DNA of 64,000 nt, taken from an uncultured Planctomycetota bacterium (GTDB taxonomy: Bacteria; Planctomycetota; Planctomycetia; Gemmatales; Gemmataceae). The position numbers and the translations under genes were made by a program. The notes under the pieces were generated by a model. It had not been told where the DNA came from, ran no database searches, and worked only from the letters and a program-made list of their open reading frames with translations. The stretch covers positions 512,001-576,000 of the forward strand of contig CAWKHF010000005.1 in assembly GCA_963849325.1 (NCBI GenBank). The letters run 5' to 3'. Within the stretch, counting starts at the first letter, position 1, and each line of letters starts with the position of its first letter. Shown here piece by piece: positions 35,384-44,934 of the stretch.

Positions 35384-36784
35384 TCATTGCGTCGGCTTGG
35401 CCTGCAACCCTTCGAGCAATCCCCAGGTATACTGGGCCTTTTTCCATTGCACCGTCACCCGCTCCTCCTGCGTGAGGGTGGTTGCCCTCAGAGGTGTCTT
35501 TCTCCCGCGCCGGAAATCGCCCACGTAACTGTTCACGGATTCGATGCCGGGACGGCCGTGACAGCCCCGGCACGAGGTGCCGATGACTTCGCGCTCGTCT
35601 CCGCCGCCGAGACCGTAAAAGAGCACATAGGCCCGTTCGCGCTCCTGTGCCCCGGCCGGAGTCAACCCACCGGCCTTGCCCGCCAGCAGGTCGCGGCGCC
35701 GCAGTCGGTGCTCGATGAACGTTTGCACGTCACCGCCGTCCGGTTGGGTGATCTGCTGCTTTGGGTCCAGATAGACGCGGACTTGCATCGTCTCGGTCAA
35801 CGGCGTCGGCACGATCTCGCCGCGTTCGTCGAGCAGCATGGTGCGGCGGACCAGCGCCACCTGCGTCCGCGGCGGCAAGGACGGGTTGGCCTGTACGCGC
35901 TTATCGGCGTCGTCGAGCAATTGATTCACGTAATCGAGGGTTTGTCGGCGTCCACCCGGCAAGCACAGGAACACCAGGAAAGCGGAGCGGCCGCCAAAAA
36001 AGCGCGCATGGGTGGAGGCCAGCGGCCCCTCCGAGGCTGCGCCGACAAGCACCCAGGGGCCGTCCACCTGCCACAGATCGCGCGGCAAGAACGCTGCCTT
36101 CGGTCGCTCCGGGTCGAATGCCGCGGGCACCGTGCCGGCCTTCACCGCGGCCGCGAAGTTGTCCGGCAACTGGCGGATTTGCTCGCCAGAGAGGGCCAGA
36201 CGCGGCAGGAGCTTCGCCAGGCGCGCCAGCAGCGGGCGCCGCGCCGGGGTAAACCGGGATGAATCCAAGAGCGGAAAGGCCGGATCGGCGAGGGTATCGA
36301 ACAGCGCCCACAGGTCGCGCTGGAGCAGGGCGCGCCGCAGCGGATCGCGGAGGAGCTTTTCCCCGTCTTTGCTGAGGAACTCATCGAGTACGGCGAGAGC
36401 TTCGCGGTGGGCGTCGCGCGACTTGCGGGGGAATTCTCGCAAGTGCGGCGCCTTGCGGACCAGTGCGTCATAGTGGGCATCCGCGGGACCAGTGAACAGA
36501 TACTTGCTGGGATGCCACAGCATCGGATCGAGGTCGTTGGCATTCTCTTCTTCATTTTCCGCCTCGACCAAAAACTCCTCGTCGGCTCGATTCGTCGTCA
36601 AACGAACACGCAGTGCATCGTGCAGCCGGTTCCACAGATGTTGGGGGTCTGGATCATACAGCGTGCTTCCCCGCGTCGCGGCCGGCGCCGACAGCGAATC
36701 GCCTCGAAACAGCGCCATCCCGAAGGAGACGAGGATCGCGACGATCAGGCCGACCGTTCGCGCCGCTCGTGGATTGGCGAACAT
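35384..36784 (-). CDS. Exported hypothetical protein with one CxxCH motif
   Basis: N-terminal hydrophobic segment; SCRGCH near the C-terminus; no family recognised. Confidence 0.6.
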   Translation of the reverse strand: MFANPRAARTVGLIVAILVSFGMALFRGDSLSAPAATRGSTLYDPDPQHLWNRLHDALRVRLTTNRADEEFLVEAENEEENANDLDPMLWHPSKYLFTGPADAHYDALVRKAPHLREFPRKSRDAHREALAVLDEFLSKDGEKLLRDPLRRALLQRDLWALFDTLADPAFPLLDSSRFTPARRPLLARLAKLLPRLALSGEQIRQLPDNFAAAVKAGTVPAAFDPERPKAAFLPRDLWQVDGPWVLVGAASEGPLASTHARFFGGRSAFLVFLCLPGGRRQTLDYVNQLLDDADKRVQANPSLPPRTQVALVRRTMLLDERGEIVPTPLTETMQVRVYLDPKQQITQPDGGDVQTFIEHRLRRRDLLAGKAGGLTPAGAQERERAYVLFYGLGGGDEREVIGTSCRGCHGRPGIESVNSYVGDFRRGRKTPLRATTLTQEERVTVQWKKAQYTWGLLEGLQAKPTQ

Positions 36785-36789
36785 GACGA

Positions 36790-37496
36790 TCACTCCTCCT
36801 CCACTCCGGGCACTGTCAACGACTTGCCATTGTCGCGCCGTCCCAGCCCGAGCAGGAAGGGTACAGCGCGTTCGGCCCATTCGTCGGCCGGCGGATAGCG
36901 GCCGGCGTCATCGCCGAAGCAGCCGCGCAGCATGTCCGTGTCAATGATGCCGGGATTGAGCGGCACGGCCGACAGACCGCGAGGCAATTCCTGCGCCAGC
37001 GCCTGCGTCAGCCCCTCGACGGCGAACTTGCTGGCGCAGTACGGCGCCACCTCCGGCGAGGTCGAGCGCCCCCAGGCCGAGCTGAAATTGACGAGGACAC
37101 CGCTGCCGCGCGCGATCATGGCCGGCACGAAACATCGCAGCACGTTGGCCACGCCCTTGACGTTGACGTCGATGAGTCGGTCGAACTCCTCGGCCGGAAC
37201 CTGCCACAGCACGGCATTGGCGTTCATCACCGCCGCGTTGTTGATAAGCAAGTCGGGCATCCGTACACAGCCAGCAATCGCTCGGCCCAGGCCGGGACCT
37301 GATCGGCCCTGGTCACGTCCACGGCGGCAAAGTCGTGCGGCGGGCCGAAGTGCTGCCGTAAGTCGGCCAGGTCGGATGCGGATCGACCGCAGCCGAGAAC
37401 GGTGTGGCCCAAAGCGATGAACTGCTCGGCCATCGCCCGACCCAGGCCGCGCGTGACGCCGGTGAGCACGATTCGCCGAGCGGATATCACCGCCAT
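36790..37496 (-). CDS. SDR family oxidoreductase; frameshifted
   Basis: TGVTRGLG, INNAA, NFSS, YCASK. Confidence 0.92.
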
Positions 37497-37519
37497 GCCG
37501 ATGTCTCCCTTTTCGTGCC

Positions 37520-38344
37520 TTAGCCGTTTCGCGTCCGCGCTTCCAGCTCGCGGATGCGCGCCTGCGCGGCGGCCAGGGCCGCCTCGGCGGCGGCGCGGGC
37601 TTGCGCTTCGGCGTTGCGCGCCTGGGCCATCGCGGTGAAGTCCTCAATCTCTTGTCCTGTGTCCGCGTCCCAACAAACGGCCCGTTCGTCGCGCAGACCC
37701 AACAGCAAGCCCAGCGGCTCCAGCAGTAGCCGGCCCCGACCATCCAGCGGCAGACGCTCGTACTTGCGCGCCCCACGCCAATAACCCACTACCTGCCGCA
37801 GACCCTCCTCCCGTTCCTGGTCCACCAGGGCGTACAACGGCACCCGCGCCCGATAATATTCGCGCACCTTCGTCACCACGTCATTGTCCCGCGCTTGCCG
37901 ATCGTGCGCGTCCGGCGAGACCACCTCCATCGTCAATATGGGGCGAGCACCTTCCCGCGCCACGCGGAAGGTCTTCCAGATACGCTTGGGATCCTGTACG
38001 CCCTCGAAGACGCTGATGTCGGGCGAATGATTGCGCAGGCCGCGGACGCCCCAGTTAATGAGGCAATCGCTCAGCACCACCGTCCGCGGGTTGCCGGACA
38101 GACGCCATTCCAGCACGCCGGCGAGATAGCGACGGTCTCTTTCTTGCTGGCTGCTTTCGGTAATGTGATCGCCCTCCTGGGGATGCAGGACGTCATCGAG
38201 AGTCAACGGCACTTGCACCGACACCTTGGCGCCGTCGGGTCCGATTTGCTGCACGTAACGCCAGCCGAAGCGAAACGGATCGGGTCGCTCCGCTCGGCGC
38301 GATGTGCCGTTGTTGGAGGTGGTGGAACGTCTTCGGTGGTTCAT
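37520..38344 (-). CDS. Uma2/DUF820 family PD-(D/E)xK endonuclease, copy 1
   Basis: HSPDISVF, MEVVSP, DVVTKVREYYRARVPLY, C-terminal Ala/Glu coiled coil. Confidence 0.88.
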   Translation of the reverse strand: MNHRRRSTTSNNGTSRRAERPDPFRFGWRYVQQIGPDGAKVSVQVPLTLDDVLHPQEGDHITESSQQERDRRYLAGVLEWRLSGNPRTVVLSDCLINWGVRGLRNHSPDISVFEGVQDPKRIWKTFRVAREGARPILTMEVVSPDAHDRQARDNDVVTKVREYYRARVPLYALVDQEREEGLRQVVGYWRGARKYERLPLDGRGRLLLEPLGLLLGLRDERAVCWDADTGQEIEDFTAMAQARNAEAQARAAAEAALAAAQARIRELEARTRNG

Positions 38345-38409
38345 GGCAGACCTCCATTCCCGAGGGACCGAATCGAGCCGCCCCAGGCCAATGTCTTCCC
38401 TGTTGCGCC

Positions 38410-39234
38410 TCAGCCGTTTCGCGTCCGCGCTTCCAGTTCGCGGATGCGTGCCTGCGCGGCGGCCAGGGCAGCCTCGGCGGCGGCGCGGGCGGACTCGGCG
38501 GCGCTGCGTGCCTGGGCCATCGCCGTGAAGTCCTGGATCTCTTCTCCCGTGTCCGCGTCCCAACAAACGACTCTCTCGTTGCGCAGGCCCAGTAGCAAGT
38601 TCAGCGGCCCCAGCAGTAGCCGGCCCTGACCATCCAGCGGCAGACGCTCGTACTTACGCACCCCACGTCGATAACCCACGATCTGCCGTGGGCTATCCTC
38701 CTGTTCCTGGTCCACCAGGACGTACAATGGCACACGCGCCCGGTAATATTCACGCACCTTCGTCACCACGTCATTGTCACGCGCCTGCCGATCGTGGGCG
38801 TCCGGCGATACGATTTCGATTACGAGAAGGGTGCGAGCGCCTTCCCGCGCCACGCGGAAGGTCTTCCAGTGACGGTTGCGGTCGGCAACGCCGTCGAAGA
38901 CGCTGATGTCGGGCGAATGATTGCGCAGGCCGCGGACGCCCCAGTTAATGAGGCAATCGCTCAGCACCACCGTCCGCGCATTGCTGGACAGGCGATAACG
39001 CAGCACGGACACCAGGTAAGTGCGGTCTTGTTCTTGCTGGCTGCTTTCGGTAATGCGATCGCCCTCCTGGGGATGCAGGACGTCATCGAGAGTCAACGGC
39101 ACTTGCACCGACACCTTGGAGCCATCGGGACCGATTTGCCGCACGTAACGCCAGCCGAAGCGAAACGGATCGGGTCGCTCCGCTCGGCGCGATGTGCCGT
39201 TCTTCGAGGCGGTGGAACGTCCTCGGTGGTTCAT
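38410..39234 (-). CDS. Uma2/DUF820 family endonuclease, copy 2 (tandem duplicate)
   Basis: Highly similar to copy 1 at both DNA and protein level. Confidence 0.88.
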   Translation of the reverse strand: MNHRGRSTASKNGTSRRAERPDPFRFGWRYVRQIGPDGSKVSVQVPLTLDDVLHPQEGDRITESSQQEQDRTYLVSVLRYRLSSNARTVVLSDCLINWGVRGLRNHSPDISVFDGVADRNRHWKTFRVAREGARTLLVIEIVSPDAHDRQARDNDVVTKVREYYRARVPLYVLVDQEQEDSPRQIVGYRRGVRKYERLPLDGQGRLLLGPLNLLLGLRNERVVCWDADTGEEIQDFTAMAQARSAAESARAAAEAALAAAQARIRELEARTRNG

Positions 39235-39331
39235 GGCAGACCTCCATTCCCGAAGGACCGAATCGAACCACCGTATTCTAGCCGAAGCGCAGAGATCGAG
39301 AAACGGTGACGCGAATCGTCTGCCGGTCCTG

Positions 39332-40336
39332 TCAAAACCAGCTTGTCTTATCGACGACGTTTTGAAGAGGCTCGCCGCGCACGAAGCGGCGTACATTCTC
39401 CAGCAACACACCGAGATGACGCTCGGCGATGCGCGGCGAATAGCCGGCGACGTGCGGCGTGAGGATGACTTTGCCGGCCATGCTCCACAGCGGATGCTCG
39501 GCCGGCAGCGGCTCGACCTCGAACACGTCCAGTCCCGCCCCCGCGATCTCGCCGGCCCGCAGCGCCGCCGTCAGGTCTTCCAGATCGACGATGGCCCCGC
39601 GTCCGACATTGATGAGATAAGCGGTCGGTTTCATCTGCTGAAACTGCGGTCGGCGAAACATTTTGACCGTTCGCGGCGTGTGCGGGGCGGCGATGACGAC
39701 GAAATCGCTCTGGGCCAGCAGATCGGGCAGGCGCTCGGCCGGCCACACCCCGGCGACCCCCGGCGGCGTCTCCTTCGGTACCGGATCGACGGCCAGCACG
39801 CGCATACCGAAGGCCAGGCCGCGGCGAGCGACCTCGGCGCCGATGCCGCCGAAGCCGACGATGCCGAGCGTGGCATCGCTCAGGTGCATGTGGGCGCGGT
39901 CGATGGCGTTGATGACGCCGGGTCCGGTGGCAAAACCGACGCGGGCGTCCTCGCCGCCGACCGGCGCCCAGTGGCCGCACATCTGTTGCAGGATGTACTG
40001 GTGCAGATTGCGGGCGAAGCAGAGGACGTAGCCGAACACCTGATCGGCGATGACGTCGGAGAACAGGCCGCGCATGTTGGTCAGGACGCAGGGGTGAGCG
40101 ATCAACTCGGGGAAGATGTAGTGTTCCAGGCTGGCCGTCGACGACTGCACCCAGCGCAGCCGCGGCGCGGCCGCCAGCAGCGGCGGCGTGATCTTACCGA
40201 AGAAGGCGTCCGCGTCCGCCATGTGGTCCCGCGCCTCGCTGTCGTCGGCGGCGTTGACCACTTCCATGCCGGCGGCTTCCGCCGTGATGCGGGTCAGGCG
40301 TGCTTCTTCGACCGGGGGATGGATGACCAGTTTCAT
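39332..40336 (-). CDS. D-2-hydroxyacid dehydrogenase
   Basis: GIVGFGGIG, INVGRG, AGLDVFEVEPL, TPHVAG. Confidence 0.93.
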   Translation of the reverse strand: MKLVIHPPVEEARLTRITAEAAGMEVVNAADDSEARDHMADADAFFGKITPPLLAAAPRLRWVQSSTASLEHYIFPELIAHPCVLTNMRGLFSDVIADQVFGYVLCFARNLHQYILQQMCGHWAPVGGEDARVGFATGPGVINAIDRAHMHLSDATLGIVGFGGIGAEVARRGLAFGMRVLAVDPVPKETPPGVAGVWPAERLPDLLAQSDFVVIAAPHTPRTVKMFRRPQFQQMKPTAYLINVGRGAIVDLEDLTAALRAGEIAGAGLDVFEVEPLPAEHPLWSMAGKVILTPHVAGYSPRIAERHLGVLLENVRRFVRGEPLQNVVDKTSWF

Positions 40337-40340
40337 CGGT

Positions 40341-42162
40341 TCACAGGGAGAGAAGGAAGGCGAGGAGGTCTTGTCGCTGGGACGGCGTCAGCGTCTGCCC
40401 GCCCAGCTTCTCCGGGGCGTGCGGCCCTTGCAGCAAGTCGTCGAGCGTTTCCGCCCGACCATCGTGCAGATAGGGGCCGCGCTGCCACAGACCCCGCAAT
40501 GACGGCGGGTTCCAGCGGCGGTACGGGCTGCCGTCCGCCTCCAATTTTACGTCGTAAGTGTGTTCCGAGGTGTACTCCGGCGGGGCGTGACAGCGCGAGC
40601 ACTTCGCCGCGCCCTCGAAAAGCACCTGACCGCGTTCCGCCGCGGGTGACAACCGATTGTCCGCGAGGCGATGCGGATTGGGTGGATGATCGAGCGTACC
40701 GAGGAAGGCGACGACGGCGCGGACCTCATTGGCCGTCGGCCGAGGGCCGAACATTGTCTGCACGTAGGATTTCTCGACGGCGGCCGCGAGGTCCGTCTGC
40801 CAGCCGTGCCACGTCCACGGAGCGGTGCGAGCGACGCCGCGCAGGCTCGGCGTCAGCTTGGGATTGCCGTAGGAGTCGTCGTTGAGCGTGTCGAAGGTCA
40901 GGCCGCAGGTGTGGCCGTCGCTGTGGCAGGTGTGGCAGCTGAACCATTGGTTGTGCGAGCGGCGAGCATCGTAAAACAGCGCCTCGCCCTGCCGAGCCGG
41001 CGACGGCCGTTCCGGGCCGCCCAGCGCGACCGTCCGTATCACCCGGCCGGCGCGGACATCGACGATTTGCAGAGCGTCGCGCAGGTAGTTGGCGACCACG
41101 GCCCGCGAGCCGCCGGGGAGGAAAGCGAGGGCGAGCGGCCGGCCCTCCAACGGCAGACGGCGCAGCTTGCCGTCATTGTTCGCCAGACTTTCGTGAAGGA
41201 AATCGCCCGGATCGCCGCCGCTCCACGGCAGCGCCGCCGCCTCGAACACCAGCATTTCGTGCGTGCCGCCCGCCGTGACGGCGAGATAGACGCCCCGACG
41301 GGTCGAAGGCGACGCCGTGTACGTCGCCGACCGCCTGCCCGTGCTTGTCGAGGGCGACTTGCTCCAGCGGCGGCACGGCTTTGGGGTCCAGCGGCAGCCG
41401 CGTCAGTCGGCTGTCCGTCACCCAGCCCTTGTCGATGTTCTCGCGCGATACCGGGAAGGAACGCCTGACCGCGTGAGCGCAGATCAGCGCCCGGCCGTCC
41501 GGCGTGAACGCCAGGCCGCGCAGATTGAAGGCGTCCTCGATTTTCCGCGTCCAGACGAGCTTGCCGGTCGTCACGTCCCACAGGCGCACCTGCGCCGAGC
41601 GGCTGCTGGCGGCGGCGAGAAAGCGGCCGTCCGATGACAGGGCCAGGTGGCGCGGTTCGCGCGGGGCGGGCCAGCGCTGCGTGATCTTCCGGCTGGCCCA
41701 GTCGAGGACGGCGATTTCGTCGCTGCCGGACAGCGCGACATAGAGCCGTCCGTTCGCCGCGAAAGCCAGGCCGCGCGGCTGCACGCCGACGGTAAGAACG
41801 CCGGCGGGTTTGATCGTGTCGCCATCGAGGTCGAACAGCGACAGGCTATCCGACCAGAGGTTGCTGACGGCGGCGTGCCGGCCGTCCGTAGAACAGGCCA
41901 CCGCCGTCGGTTTGCGGCCGCACGGCCGTTCCGCCAACACCTTGCCGGTATCGAGATCTACAAGGGATACCGAATCCGCCGTGTGGTTGGCCGTCAACGC
42001 CAGTCGGCCGCCCGGCAACAGGGCCACGTCCACCGGACTGCGATGGGGTCCAACCGATTCACCACAAAGACACAAAGAGCACAAAGAAGACAAGGAAAAC
42101 AGGGTCGCCGCGGCGACAACCGCCGAGACGACACCAAGGAAGGGGATCGGAAATCGATACAT
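40341..42162 (-). CDS. YVTN beta-propeller + di-heme cytochrome c peroxidase (MauG/bCcP-like) protein; frameshift near 41280
   Basis: Signal peptide, propeller blades, SCHTCH and CSRCH, TPSLRG/PPSLRG, PYLHDG. Confidence 0.85.
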
Positions 42163-42219
42163 AATCTTTCTCCTATCACCTTTATTTCTCTTCTTTGTGT
42201 TCTTTGTGTCTTTGTGGTG
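42060..42219. repeat. Inverted CACAAAGA-unit element straddling the start of the cytochrome c peroxidase gene
   Basis: CACCACAAAGACACAAAGAGCACAAAGAAG ... CTTCTTTGTGTTCTTTGTGTCTTTGTGGTG. Confidence 0.85.
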
Positions 42220-42221
42220 AA

Positions 42222-43238
42222 TTATTTCTCCGGCACGCCGACGACGAGCAGGCGTTTCGGCTCCTTGCCCGCCAGGACGCGGCCGATTACCTTCTTCGTC
42301 GCCGTATCGACCACGGCCACGGCGTTCGCTCCCCGCGCCGCCACGTAGCACGTCTTGCCATCAGGGCTGAACGTCAGCCAGTAGATGCGCGTGCCGATGG
42401 GAATAGTAGCGATCTGCTTCGGCGTCTCGCCGGTGATGTCGTAAACGTGTACGTCATAATGCTCGACGTCGCACTCCCACACTTCCTTCTGATCGGGCCG
42501 GATGCCCAGGCCGTGACTGCGACTGGCGACCTTGCCCTGTCCATCAGTCAGCTCGGCCGGCACGCGATGGACCATCTTGCGGCGAGCGACGTCGGCGACC
42601 TCGATGCCGACCAAGCCATCGACCTCGGCGAACAGACGCTTCTCGTCCGTCGTCAGGGCGACCGGCCGGACCACGTTGCTAAAGGGGATTTCGCCGAGGA
42701 TTTCGTGCGTGGTCGTGTCGGTAATCGTCACCTTCTTCGGCGAACCCATCGGCGCCAGGTACATGCGTTTGCCGTCGGGCGAGCAGAGCGTGTTGTGCGG
42801 CCGACCGCCGGTGAAGATGCGCTTGAGGATCTTACCGTTCTCCACGTCGATCACGTCCCAGTAGCCGTCGGCGCAGGGGACGTAGGCGGTCTTGCCGTCG
42901 GGCGTCACGGCCAACTGGTTCGGCGCGGGTCCGACGTCCATGCGGCGCGTGATACGGTCGGTTTGCGGATCGATCCACACCAGTTCGCCGGGCTTCTTGC
43001 CCTCGATGGTGACGAGGATGAAGTTCTGGGCGGCGGGCACGGCGATGCCGTGTGGATGCGGGCCGACCTCGATACGGCCAATCGGCTTGTTGTTGGCGAC
43101 GTCGATGACCGTCACGTCATCGCCGGCGCTGTTGGTGACGTAGAGCTTTTGACGGACCTTCGCATCGGCGGCAGCGGCGGGCGCGGCGCAGAGCAGACCG
43201 AGCAGGAAGGCGCACAGAGCAGCGGGACATGAGCACAT
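42222..43238 (-). CDS. Secreted YncE/YVTN-family beta-propeller protein
   Basis: Signal peptide; LYVTNSAGDDVTVID, IEVGPHPHGI, repeated SPDGK/TPDGK blades. Confidence 0.88.
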   Translation of the reverse strand: MCSCPAALCAFLLGLLCAAPAAAADAKVRQKLYVTNSAGDDVTVIDVANNKPIGRIEVGPHPHGIAVPAAQNFILVTIEGKKPGELVWIDPQTDRITRRMDVGPAPNQLAVTPDGKTAYVPCADGYWDVIDVENGKILKRIFTGGRPHNTLCSPDGKRMYLAPMGSPKKVTITDTTTHEILGEIPFSNVVRPVALTTDEKRLFAEVDGLVGIEVADVARRKMVHRVPAELTDGQGKVASRSHGLGIRPDQKEVWECDVEHYDVHVYDITGETPKQIATIPIGTRIYWLTFSPDGKTCYVAARGANAVAVVDTATKKVIGRVLAGKEPKRLLVVGVPEK

Positions 43239-43344
43239 CTCCTTGCGGATGTTGAGGCGGGATGGGCAGCTGGTTGCCAGCGTAACGACTCGAACTTCCG
43301 CAAGCAAGCGCGTGTCGTTAGACTGAGAAGGAAGGAGTAATCCT

Positions 43345-43554
43345 ATGAACACGACCGAGACCGCCGGCATCCCGCCCGATCTTGCCGCGGAGATCCAGGA
43401 AGCCCTGGAGGATCTGGCGAAGGACATCCGCCGTCCCGAGAAAATGCAGGCTGCTTGCGAGCGCATGGACCGCCTCCGCGAGGAAAATCGGCAGCTTTTC
43501 GGCGAGCAGGATCTCGCCGTCGAACTGGTTCGCCAAACCCGCGATGGGACATGA
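43345..43554 (+). CDS. Small helical protein, probable VapB-like antitoxin
   Basis: AGGAG RBS; 69 aa, acidic; C-terminal AVELVRQTRD resembles VapB-type tails; ATGA overlap with the next start. Confidence 0.55.
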   Translation: MNTTETAGIPPDLAAEIQEALEDLAKDIRRPEKMQAACERMDRLREENRQLFGEQDLAVELVRQTRDGT

Positions 43555-43568
43555 AATACATCCTCTAG
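43551..43568 (+). pseudogene. Truncated stub of a probable PIN/VapC toxin (MKYIL*)
   Basis: Translationally coupled ATG; MKYIL matches the first strand of PIN domains, and the stop falls where the catalytic Asp is expected. Confidence 0.4.
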
Positions 43569-43671
43569 GCGCTTAACCGCGCCTTCACATCCGCGACGGA
43601 AGCAATCTTCATCCCTCCACCTCCTCTCCCCCGAGCAACAGACGGTTCCGGTAGCGCCAGCCGAGGAATGT

Positions 43672-44460
43672 TTAACTCAATTTCGGCCATGCCCCCCGCA
43701 CGCTCCCGAAGTGCCGTATTGGTTCGGCGGTATCGGGGCGCCCAGGAACAGGTGTCACCGGAGTGTTGTCACCGAGGAGGTACAGACAGCCAACTTCCTC
43801 CACCGGCAACTGCGGGAAAAGTCCCTCCGCCTGCGTGACGGCGGCGAGCCACTGTTCCTTCAACTCCTTGAGGTCCAAGGGCCGAGCCAGATGTTCACTT
43901 TCCAGGTCTTCTTGCCTATAGCGAACGTGGCATTTCGCCATGTCCAGCAAGGACCAAGGCGTGAACCCCTGATCTTTGCCGCAAGCCGCCCAGACGATGG
44001 CGCCCAAACTCAAGTAATGGGCATTGAGATAAAGGATGTCAAGAAAATCTCGGATCTCGGATCGACCGGCGAGCGCCAGCGCCTTGTTGGTGGCGAGGTC
44101 GGCCGGATGTAAGCAGTAGCCGAAGACCTCATCCGGCTGGACCGGGAAGAAACGAAAGGCCGAGTCGAAACACCAATCCAAGCGAAGCGTATCCGTCCCT
44201 TGGCTGACGCGGGCACGGAACAATCCCGGTTGGCGGAGCAACCATTCGACGGCGTAGCCCCGTGCCAGCAATTCGCCCACGTCGGCTTCAGCGCAGACGG
44301 CGACGCTTTCGGCGGCGTCGTGGAACACGTCGAGGTCGTTGGAATAGCGAAGGCTGCTCTCGGCGCGATTGATGGCCGTGCCGCCCGCGAGGTAACTTTC
44401 GGGGTTGCGATGGGCCGCTAGAACGCGAGCGGCTTCTTTTTGGAAGGCAGTTAACGGCAT
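43672..44460 (-). CDS. AbiEii/AbiGii-like nucleotidyltransferase (type IV toxin-like)
   Basis: YLAGGTAI, RYSNDLDVF, DLATNKALAL, R-x3-RDFLD. Confidence 0.8.
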   Translation of the reverse strand: MPLTAFQKEAARVLAAHRNPESYLAGGTAINRAESSLRYSNDLDVFHDAAESVAVCAEADVGELLARGYAVEWLLRQPGLFRARVSQGTDTLRLDWCFDSAFRFFPVQPDEVFGYCLHPADLATNKALALAGRSEIRDFLDILYLNAHYLSLGAIVWAACGKDQGFTPWSLLDMAKCHVRYRQEDLESEHLARPLDLKELKEQWLAAVTQAEGLFPQLPVEEVGCLYLLGDNTPVTPVPGRPDTAEPIRHFGSVRGAWPKLS

Positions 44461-44695
44461 GAGTCGGACGATTCCCCCGGAGAGAGCAGCCGAGCCGCCG
44501 CCAAAAGCCCTCGCCTGCCGCCGTGGCTACGCAACCCCTTCACCACGAGCGGAATCGTGTCCTCGGTGATGAGCAGGTCCGGCCGACAGTGCCAAAAGCA
44601 CGACGAGTAAAATTCACGGAAAAGGCGATTCGCAAGTTCTAAGCGCGCTGCGCCACCGGAGTGGGGAGGTTCGACGGTAGAGGAGTCGTAGACAT
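44451..44695 (-). CDS. Small partner protein (putative antitoxin); probable frameshift near 44645
   Basis: MSTTPLPSN... joins LELANRLFREFYSSCFWHCRPDL...LRSHGGRRG; overlaps the NTase start. Confidence 0.6.
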
Positions 44696-44934
44696 GGTCG
44701 CTCTCCCGGTTCCGGAGCAATATCCTCCCTGGCACTCTGGAATTTTATCCACTTCCCCGTCTGAGTCAAAGAAGGCGGGGATGATCGGCCGCGTCCGGCT
44801 TGCGGTTCGCTTCGACAGCGACTTCCGAGAGGGAACCTTGGCACCCTTGCCGAAGCGGGCGGTGTCGAGTGTAATCGCTATATCGTCCCAATACACGGCA
44901 TCCACCCCGCCGACGTACTGCGAGGCCACCCATC

